Assembly (NCBI GenBank): GCA_002269645.1
Contig: NIVC01000085.1
Coordinates: 434,001-498,000, forward strand
Direction: 5' to 3'
DNA length: 64,000 nt
From: Macrostomum lignano
Taxonomy: Eukaryota
Positions 13,401 through 21,900 of this stretch are shown here, piece by piece. Each line of letters starts with the position of its first letter. Within the stretch, counting starts at the first letter, position 1. The notes under the pieces are model-generated. The model had not been told where the DNA came from, did no database searches, and saw only the letters and a list, made by a program, of their open reading frames with translations. Made by a program: the position numbers and the translations under genes.

Positions 13401-16400
13401 GCCGAAGCCAATGCCGATAGGCATCGGCATCGCGAATCTCTATCTGACTCATCGAGCGAGCCAGATCTAGAGTCGAGAAAGGAGATGCGGCATCGCAATA
13501 GGGCCGGTGGACCACCAAAGGCTAAGGCGCCCCGTGTCATGGTCATCCACAAAGCTATTTGGTGGGTGCTCACGTACACTAACACCGGCAAAGTTATGGC
13601 CATCGACCAAAAGTGCATCGTCGACCCGGACCCCGTAACACGAACAGTCGGCGTTAAAGTACAAGTACGGACTGGCCATAGCCCGAGTGCAAAAACTTTC
13701 GACGCTTTCCTGACAGCCGGGCCTTTTCCGGATAGGAAGTCCGCCTACGCTGCCCGGGACAACCTGGCCAAATCGGCAACTTTAATGGGGTCGGGCTCTG
13801 CAGGCGCCTATAGGCGCGTGCAACCCGTTATAAATCACCCTGATGCCGGATGCCCGCGCTGCCGGAACCTCGACATCGAATGTCGTGACCTACGTGAGGC
13901 AAATCGAGAAGAGACGGACAAGCGGGGGGCTGCTGAAACTGATGCAGCCAACCTGAAGATTGAGAATGAGGCCATTCGGTCTGAGAATGAGCAGCTGAAA
14001 CAGGAACTGGCACAGAAAGATGACGTGCTGCAAAAGTATGACACCCGTCTTGCAAGTTCCATGCATGCGAATTCTCAGATACTTGAGACGCTACGGTTCG
14101 TCACGGCGCAGGCGCGGTCGGCCAACGAGGTGGCACGTAGAACTACAGAATCATGCAGCCACCTCGAAAGTCTGGTGCGCTCTATTAGTGACTACGAAAC
14201 GTTGGTCGCTGGTTCGAGTACTGCACCCGGAGAGTCGTCATCAGCTGCTGCCGATATCGGCATCGATGCCGAGCCAAGTGGCTCGACGTCATCGCAGCTT
14301 ACCAGTGGATTTGTGAGCCACGCCATTGCGACGGCAATCGCAAATATATCGACCTCCATGATGGGCAACCAGTCGTCGAAACGTGTGCCGCTGATAGCTG
14401 CATTTCCCGGTGTCACGGTTTGTCCGTTGGCCCTGACAAAATTGGAAGCCGCAGCAGTTGAAATGCGAAAAGCCGCAAACAATAACAAGATTCGCAGACG
14501 AGCCATTCGGCTAGTCATACTTGCTGTGTGCCCTGAGCAAGACCTGCGAACCGCATCTTGGGCTGGTCGACAGGTGAAAGGAGAGAAAGCGGCCAACCGG
14601 GTTGAGCTGGATAGCTCCAAGAAGGCGGCCATACGGTCCTACCTGGCCAGTAAACTGGTCTCAGAGGAGGACAAAAAACTATTCACAGACGCCGAACTCG
14701 GCGAGGTCTTCCGCCGTACAGCCAGGACCGTACGGGATCGGGAGAGTTCGTCTGCGAAAAGTGGCGCCTGCGCAGAAAATGAAGAGGAAAGCGAGTAGTA
14801 GAGACTAGGCCTCGATTGTGGTGACAATTTTTCACTATGCTGACAAACATTACTTTGGGTTGAGAATAGACTCTGAGGCTAGGGTTGCTCTTTTATATAT
14901 TAGCTCTTTTAGCTCAGATAGCTCTATTAGCTATATTAGCTCTTTTAGCTATTCGTGCCACCATGAAAAAATACTAGTATTCAATTTTAACCTTAACATC
15001 TCTTTGTTTTTACCAGATCCGATGAAGTATATTCCCGGTTTTTATAAAAAAGCTAATTGTACGGCTCATCGGTCTGACTTAGAAATCTCATGCTTATTTT
15101 GCTTCTTTACTTATTTTTTTTGTTCGTTCAGCGGGCCAACCAGAGGGCCGGTTTAGAACGGGCCAACCAGCGGGCCAACCAACAGGACAGCCAGCGGGCC
15201 GGTTTAGAACGGGCCAATGAGCGGGCCAGCCAGCAGGCCGGTTTACAACGGGTCAATGAGTGGGCCAGTGAGCGGGCCAACCAGCGGGCCAACCAACGGG
15301 CCAACCAGCGGGCCGGTTTAGAACGGGCCAACCAGCGGGCCAACCAACGGGCCAGCCAGCGGGCTGGTTTAGAACGGGCCAATGAGCGGGCCAGCCAGCA
15401 GGCCGGTTTAAAACGGGTCAATGAGTGGGCCAGTGAGCGGGCCAACCAACGGGCCAGCCAGCGGGCCAAACAACGGGCCAGCCAGCGGGCCGGTTTAGAA
15501 CGGGCCAGTGAGCGGGCCAGCCAGCGGGCCAACCAACGGGCCAACCAGCGGGCCGGTTTAGAACGGGCCAGTGAGCGGGCCAGCCAGCGGGCCAACCAAC
15601 GGGCCAACCAGCGGGCCGGTTTAGAACGGGCCAATGAGCGGGCCGGTTTAGAACGGGCCAATGAGCGGGCTGGTTTAGAACGGGCCAATGAGCGGGCCAG
15701 CCAGCAGGCCGGTTTACAACGGGTCAATGAGTGGGCCAATGAGCGGGCCAACCAACGGGCCAACCAGCGGGCCGGTTAAGAACGGGCCAATCAGCGGGCC
15801 AACCAACGGGCCAACCAGCGGGCCGGTTTAGAACGGGCCAATGAGGGGGCCAATCAGCGGGCCAGCCAGTAGGCCGGTTTAGAACGGGCCAATGAGCGGG
15901 CCAGCCAGCAGGCCGGTTTACAACGGGTCAATGAGTGGGCCAATGAGCGGGCCAACCAACGGGCCAACCAGCGGGCCGGTTAAGAACGGGCCAATCAGCG
16001 GGCCAACCAACGGGCCAACCAGCGGGCCGGTTTAGAACGGGCCAATGAGGGGGCCAATCAGCGGGCCAGCCAGTAGGCCGGTTTAGAACGGGTCAATGAG
16101 TGGGCCAGTGAGCGGGCCAACCAACGGGCCAGCCACCGGGCCAAACAACGGGCCAGCCAGCGGGCCGGTTTAGAACGGGCCAACCAGCGGGCCAGCCAGC
16201 GGGCCCAAAAGCGGGCCGTGGAACGGGCCGATTTGAGAGACTCGTTGATTTGGAAAAATGAGCGGGCTTTTAGAGCGGGCTTTTCTGACACGAAGTGGCC
16301 GATGAGCGGGCCAATTTCAATGGGCTAATCCAGTATTTTTTTCAACCGGGAGGTTTAAAATCTAATTAATAAACTTTTGATACATATCGGTTAAAGTTTA

Positions 16401-17903
16401 AAATCTAATTAATAAACTTTCGATACATATCGGTTGAAGTTTAAAATCTAATTAAGATTGATAAACTTTCGATACATATCGGTTGAGGTTAAAAATCAAA
16501 TTAATAAACTTTCGATACATATCGGTTGAGGTTTAAAATCTAATTAATAAACTTTCGATACATATCGGTTGAGGTTAAAAATCAAATTAATAAACTTTCG
16601 ATACATATCGGTTGAGGTTTAAAATCTAATTAATAATCTTTCGATACATATCGGTTGAGGTTTAAAATCTAATTAAGATTGATTAACTTTCGATACATAT
16701 CGGTTGAGGTTAAAAATCAAATTAATAAACTTTCGATACATATCGGTTGAGGTTAAAAATCAAATTAATAAACTTTCGATACATATCGGTTGAGGTTAAA
16801 AATCAAATTAATAAACTTTCGATACATATTGGTTGAGGATTAAAATCAAATTAAGAAACTTTCGATACATATCGGTTGGGGTTTAGAATCTATTTGAGAC
16901 TTTCAATTGAAATTTTCAATATATATCGGTGATGTTAAAAATAATTTATAAACTTTCGATACATATCGGTTGAGGTTAAAAATCAAATTAATAAACTTTC
17001 GATACATATCGGTTGAGGTTTAAAATCTAATTAATAATCTTTCGATACATATCGGTTGAGGTTTAAAATCTAATTAATAATCTTTCGATACATATCGGTT
17101 GAGGTTTAAAATCTAATTAAGATTGATTAACTTTCGATACATATCGGTTGAGGTTAAAAATCAAATTAATAAACTTTCGATACATATCGGTTGAGGTTTA
17201 AAATCTAATTAATAAACTTTCGATACATATCGGTTGAGGTTAAAAATTAAATTAATAAACTTTCGATACATATCGGTTGAGGTTAAAAATCAACTTAATA
17301 AACTTTCGATACATATCGGTTGAGGTTTAAAATCTAATTAATAAACTTTCGATACATATCGGTTGAGGTTAAAAATCAAATTAATAAACTTTCGATACAT
17401 ATTGGTTGAGGATTAAAATCAAATTAAGAAACTTTCGATACATATCGGTTGGGGTTTAGAATCTATTTGAGACTTTCAATTGAAATTTTCAATATATATC
17501 GGTGATGTTAAAAATAATTTATAAACTTTCGATACATATCGGCGCACTAAAATTCAAAACCAATTACAACAAACCTGACAGTCATCTCAGTCGCCGTAAC
17601 AGGGCGTCGATAACAAAACAGGCCGTTTGGTTCGCAGTTATCCCCAGCCATGTAGTAAGGGTGCGGATAGAGCTCCGGATTCACTGTGCCACCTAGAACG
17701 ACAATCTCTTTATGCCTGTCGGGATCCAGGCCAGTAATCCGCAGTCGGACACAGCTGGATTTTCCACCAGACCGGCCATAGAGCAGGCCGCCCAGACGGC
17801 TGCCCGGAGCCTCAGATTCGTAGCGAAATCTGTGATGACTGGCCGGCTGCTCCAGTACAGAGATTGACGGCCAGTCACAGGGCTGCTGCTGCTCTGCCGA
17901 CAT
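3825..17903 (-). CDS. Rel/NF-kB-like RHD-IPT gene E (~358 aa), intron 1 interrupted by a transposon
   Basis: Exons 17575-17903 ([15 protein letters not shown]...GGLLYG...[10 protein letters not shown]), 5303-5400 (LEKVSLICV...GFNPYG), 4807-4953 (LRLAFQL), 4624-4722 ([18 protein letters not shown], cf. NF-kB IPT GSCLGGDEIFLL), 4453-4538, 4035-4218 (HLLSIVTP) and 3825-3958 (SKRKRP NLS, stop TAA). All GT-AG and frame-compatible. Confidence 0.9.
4253..4441. repeat. (GACA)n/(CATA) microsatellite in intron 5 of gene E
   Basis: Direct tetranucleotide repeat. Confidence 0.97.
5438..6073. repeat. ~43-bp AT-rich satellite (GATACATATCGGTTGAGGTTTAAAATCTAATTAATAAACTTTC), left part
   Basis: Tandem units; resumes at 16351 after the transposon. 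Confidence 0.95.
6090..7160. repeat. Left subterminal repeat array (GGCCCGCTGGTT / GGCCCGTTCTAAACC modules)
   Basis: Dozens of GGCCCG-cored modules; reverse complement of the array at 15128-16320. Confidence 0.92.
7490..10348 (+). CDS. EnSpm/CACTA-like DDE transposase (~928 aa if the short 5' exon is used)
   Basis: The frame is open from 7520 to the stop at 10346-10348. Motifs: CxxC...CxxC Zn finger, [11 protein letters not shown] (D1), LDAPQRA (D2), GCDNC, CLLH (C/DxxH), [14 protein letters not shown] (E). Predicted ATGATG|GT donor at 7490-7497 and TTTTCAG acceptor ending 7567 are in phase; this 5' exon is inferred. Confidence 0.9.
10942..11979 (+). CDS. Transposon ORF2, 345 aa, unknown function (Cys-rich N-terminus, internal duplication, C-terminal hydrophobic tail)
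   Basis: ATG-initiated, GC-rich and uninterrupted. CPKC...HCDDC and CGRC...CWH motifs, a 144-bp-period in-frame duplication, and ends [21 protein letters not shown]. Confidence 0.7.
   Translation: MPDQQPCPKCNSREYFAFADYCFFYRSSHCDDCEDDIHAAHAEQQRLVKSRACSNWDDDCSDDAGATVEPVGSTCVPAASAATGVVKQLRDMSLYNEPLSDSAQQAEGTLGATGRVEPTGSTCAPAASAATGVVKQLRDMSLYNEPLSDSAQQAEGTLGATGNYSGICGRCSELYANGKNWPYCWHTDMQTFMTAASYKLRQYESEHSILFSDSMRNAILTLVCVFIFLWSRGCETTCWTNAVRTLYSHLRDSGIVDAPAGAKTELSLDAQAIFDRAVSTVNEHAGSAGVTPPVQNRVKVLKKSRRRGRAAQEYRLVYLGHKSNVLYMTLAVAIVGTWAAYVRFK
13071..14798 (+). CDS. Transposon ORF3, ~556-575 aa, coiled-coil plus C-terminal BEN-domain-like DNA-binding protein
   Basis: Long intact ORF with a coiled coil (~13870-14160). 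The C-terminal [21 protein letters not shown]...[14 protein letters not shown]...[11 protein letters not shown] fits the BEN pattern (LLxxxFxxExLxxxSxxG...LDxxKxxAI). The start may be the ATG at 13126. Confidence 0.75.
   Translation: MSYETAFRKKPFPLHCRIMGDGKKTDRMNKKKRDHENRAEKEKRKDKDANTGLTTAAADVQENPAELNGDGRDEPTTLPKAHDATSTALIGSDMSTAVSAEPTGSTTKRKAEANADRHRHRESLSDSSSEPDLESRKEMRHRNRAGGPPKAKAPRVMVIHKAIWWVLTYTNTGKVMAIDQKCIVDPDPVTRTVGVKVQVRTGHSPSAKTFDAFLTAGPFPDRKSAYAARDNLAKSATLMGSGSAGAYRRVQPVINHPDAGCPRCRNLDIECRDLREANREETDKRGAAETDAANLKIENEAIRSENEQLKQELAQKDDVLQKYDTRLASSMHANSQILETLRFVTAQARSANEVARRTTESCSHLESLVRSISDYETLVAGSSTAPGESSSAAADIGIDAEPSGSTSSQLTSGFVSHAIATAIANISTSMMGNQSSKRVPLIAAFPGVTVCPLALTKLEAAAVEMRKAANNNKIRRRAIRLVILAVCPEQDLRTASWAGRQVKGEKAANRVELDSSKKAAIRSYLASKLVSEEDKKLFTDAELGEVFRRTARTVRDRESSSAKSGACAENEEESE
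15128..16320. repeat. Right subterminal repeat array (CAGCGGGCC / GGTTTAGAACGGGCC modules)
   Basis: Inverted counterpart of 6090-7160. Confidence 0.92.
16351..17543. repeat. ~43-bp AT-rich satellite, right part
   Basis: Same unit as 5438-6073. Confidence 0.95.
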
Positions 17904-17954
17904 GTTGCTGAAGTGGAATGGGATAGATTCTGTCTGATGTGATAGCGCTCCATC

Positions 17955-18350
17955 TGAGGTCATGACCTTTCATGCTGAGGTCATGATTCTGAATGTTGAG
18001 GTCATGATTCTGAATGTTGAGGTCACGATTCTTAATGTTGAGGTCATGATTCCTAATGTTGAGGGGTCATGATTCTTCAATGTTGAGGTCATGATCCTTA
18101 ATGTTGAGGTCATGATTCTTAATGTTGAGGTCATGATTCATGTTGAGGTCATGATTCTTCATGTTGAGGTCATGATTCTTCATGTTGAGGTCATGATTCT
18201 TAATGTTGAGGTCATGATTCTTCATGTTGAGGTCATGATTCTTAATGCTGAGTTCATGATCTTAATGCTGAGGTCATGATCTATCATGTTGAGGTCATGA
18301 AGCCTCATGTTGAGGTCAGGATCACCTATGTTAAGGTCACGATCCCTCAT
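17955..18350. repeat. 21-bp minisatellite (CATGTTGAGGTCATGATTCTT) just upstream of gene E
   Basis: Tandem units. Confidence 0.9.
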
Positions 18351-18921
18351 TTGTCAAAATGATTGCCTTTTAATGAAGCTAATTAATTCGAACAAAAAAA
18401 TAAAAAATACAATTTAACAGCCAGCCAACTGTTGACTAAAAGTAGGTTAAAATGTTTATATGTACTTTTTTAAAAAGATTATAACAGCAAACATAACTTA
18501 ATTGACTCCTGTTAGTAGTGGGTTAAGCATGACAATAAAAATTTTCCTGTTTAAACAAAAATGACCTTATTTACGAGAGTATAGTTTGTCCAAAAAATGA
18601 ATGTTTCATTATCGAGCAGCGTTGATGATTGCGTTGACCAATTGATTCAAGTTACAGTAAAAGGGGTTTCTTTCAAGCAAGCATTAATGAAGTTCAAATG
18701 CACTTGATTACTCGTATATTTAAAAAGAAGTAAACAGATGCCACAATATGAAGCGGGGATTCTAACAAACGAAATTCACTACATATTGGTAGAATCGACT
18801 TAATGTTTCGGATTTAGAAACAATATAATGGACAGCTCAATGAGCAGCCGGAATATCTATAAAGTTAATAATTGTAATTCCAGCTGACACGCAGATTGAG
18901 TAAACTACTGTAAGTAGTGAG

Positions 18922-21900
18922 TTATACTATTTGCAAAAACTCGTCCATATTCACCACGGGTTTCTGGCTGGGAGTGGCTCGTTTGCGCTTCTGCGGAGCT
19001 TCTGAAAGGATAAAGATGACCATTAACTTCCTTTTGAAGCCTGCAACCACAAACCTATGACCTTCTCAACGTTATGAATGACCCTAATCAGATGAGCACA
19101 AACCAATGACCAAATTGAATGAACCCAAACTATGACCAAAATCCATGATTCCAAAGTTATGAAGCAAAACACGTGACCTTAATTTTACAATATAAGGACC
19201 TGAAATCAAATCCATGAATCCAAACCAATGACCTCAAACCATAACCCCAAACCAATGACCTCAAAGCCATGACTCTAAACCAGTGACCTCAAAGCCATAA
19301 CCCTAAACCAATGACCTCAAAGCCATGATCCCTAAACCAATGACCTCAAAGCCATGATCCCTAAACCAATGACCTCAAAGCCATGATCCCTAAACCAATG
19401 ACCTCAAAGCCATGATCCCTAAACCAATGACCTCAAACCCATGATCCCTAAACCAATGACCTCAAAGCCATGATCCCTAAACCAATGACCTCAAAGCCAT
19501 GATCCCTAAACCAATGACCTCAAAGCCATGATCCCTAAACCAATGACCTCAAAGCCATGATCCCTAAACCAATGACCTCAAAGCCATGACTCCAAACCAA
19601 TGACCTCAAAGCCATGACCCCAAACCAATGACCTCAAAGCCATGATCCCTAAACCAATGACCTCAAAGCCATGATCCCTAAACCAATGACCTCAAAGCCA
19701 TGACCCCAAACCAATGACCTCAAAGCCATGATCCCTAAACCAATGACCTCAAAGCCATGATCCCTAAATCAATGACCTCAAAGCCATGACTCCAAACCAA
19801 TGACCTCAAAGCCATGACCCCAAACCAATGACCTCAAAGCCATGATCCCTAAATCAATGACCTCAAAGCCATGACCCCAAACCAATGACCTCAAATCCAT
19901 AACCCCAAACCAATGACCTCAAAGCCATGATCCCTAAACCAATGACCTCAAACCCATGATCCCTAAACCAATGACCTCAAACCCATGATCCCTAAACCAA
20001 TGACCTCAAATCCATAACCCTAAACCAATGACCTCAAAGCCATGATTCCTAAATCAATGACCTCAAAGCCATGACCCCAAACCAATGACCTCAAATCCAT
20101 AACCCCAAACCAATGACCTCAAAGCCATGACCCCAAACCAATGACCTCAAATCCATAACCCCAAACCAATGACCTCAAATCCATAACCCCAAACCAATGA
20201 CCTCAAATCCATAACCCCAAACCAATGACCTCAAAGCCATGACCCCAAACCAATGACCTCAAATCCATAACCCCAAACCAATGACCTCAAATCCATAACC
20301 CCAAACCAATGACCTCAAATCCATAACCCCAAACCAATGACCTCAAAGCCATGACCCCAAACCAATGACCTCAAAGCTATAACTCTAAATCAAAAGGCCT
20401 AAAGACTACAAAATCAAAAGCCCCAAGATAAACTGCCGAGCACTAACCAGTCAAAAACAGATGCATAGGGTCATTGTCCTGCTGAGCATTGAGCAGTATA
20501 AGATCCCTTTGATCCGCCATCCCATTCCGAGTGTCTGTGATCACCAAATCGCATTTGTTTCGCTCGTTAAGATTTGTTAAGTAGTTGGTAGCGTCGGGCT
20601 TCGAAATTATCAACAAATGCTGCGGAAAATGTAAATAAGTATAGAATACGTGAAGTGAACGCTTCGAAAAAGTTCCACCCGATACATGTATATGCGATAA
20701 ATCCAGAAAAATATGTTTACCTTCTTGGCCACTTTAACACCGCAAGGGCAGCTGCCATGAGGTCCAGCCTGAAGTTCAGCTTTAAAAGATGAAATATCTG
20801 CATCTGGAAATTATTGTTTGGTTTGATGTACCAGATAGACAGTCTACGAGCATGCCAGTGTTTAACTCAAGAGGAGGCATTGGGTGTCAGGACAGGTCTA
20901 TGCCACAGGCGTCAGGAGAGGTGTCAGGAGAGACTGGGGTATCAGGAGGGACAGTGAGGTGTCAGATGCTACAATAGGGTGTCAGAAGGATGTCAGATGC
21001 TACAATAGGGTGTCAGAAGGATGTCAGATGCTACAATAGGGTGTCAGAAGGATGTCAGATGCTACAATAGGGTGTCAGAAGGATGTCAGGAGCTACAATA
21101 GGGTGTCATCCCAGGCAGCTCGGACGAGGTGGAGTCGCCGATCGCGGCTCGGCCGCACCCGCGCCAGGCCAAAGGCGGAGACAAGAACTATAAAGAAGCT
21201 GATTTGCGCATGCGCTAACTGACTGTTTGATTTCTTTGCGAACTTTCGTGCGCGCTTCGCTATTTATTTCTGGCAATCATGTTGCCTCCAATATTCCTTT
21301 TTTTAGTCCAAATCCCTATTATTTTTATTCCACTCGGGGAGAATTGTCATGCCGCAGCCCTGCACTCGCTTGTTTTTGCTAAACGGGGTGCCTAGCAGTG
21401 TGGGGTGCTCACGCACTGTACTTAGTTTGTGTACACTGTACCCCCGGCTTTCCTCCCCCTTTTTATGCCTGTTATGCCTACTCGGCCGCACGTGATTGGT
21501 CGAGACCTAAAGCCAAAAAATATATATCGGCGCTCTCGCCCTACTTCGAGGGCCAAGCGTTTTCGCACTTCAAAATTGAGACTGACTTCTGAGTCATTAC
21601 AAGGAGGATGTCAGGAGCTACAATAGGATGTCAGGAGGATGTCAGATGCTACAATAGGGTGTCAGGAGGATATCAGATGCTACAATAGGGTGTCAGGAGG
21701 ATGTCAGATGCTACAATAGGGTGTCAGGAGGATATCAGATGCTACAATAGGGTGTCAGGAGGATGTCAGATGCTACAATAGGGTGTCAGGAGGATATCAG
21801 ATGCTACAATAGGGTGTCAGGAGGATGTCAGATGCTACAATAGGGTGTCAGGAGGATATCGGATGCTACAATAGGGTGTCAAAGAAGCACGACAGGATCT

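Larger units (their letters stand above)
6074..16350 (+). mobile_element. Full-length EnSpm/CACTA (CMC superfamily)-type DNA transposon, 10,277 bp
   Basis: TIRs CCCGGTTGAAAAA (6074-6086) and TTTTTCAACCGGG (16338-16350). AGG on both sides (6071-6073, 16351-16353), and removing the element restores the host satellite unit. Inverted subterminal arrays and an internal transposase ORF. Confidence 0.93.

Noticed and set aside
7776-14827. Overlapping short ORFs within the transposase, ORF2 and ORF3
   Set aside because: Shadow frames of GC-rich coding DNA with no independent motifs.
6271-16291. ARWLAR/QRANQR ORFs at the transposon ends
   Set aside because: Products of the subterminal repeat arrays, not proteins.
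17955-20400. Arrays containing TGAGGTCAT and ATGACCTCA in opposite orientation around the last exon of gene D
   Set aside because: They share only a 9-mer with different unit lengths, too little for a stem or nuclear-receptor element claim.
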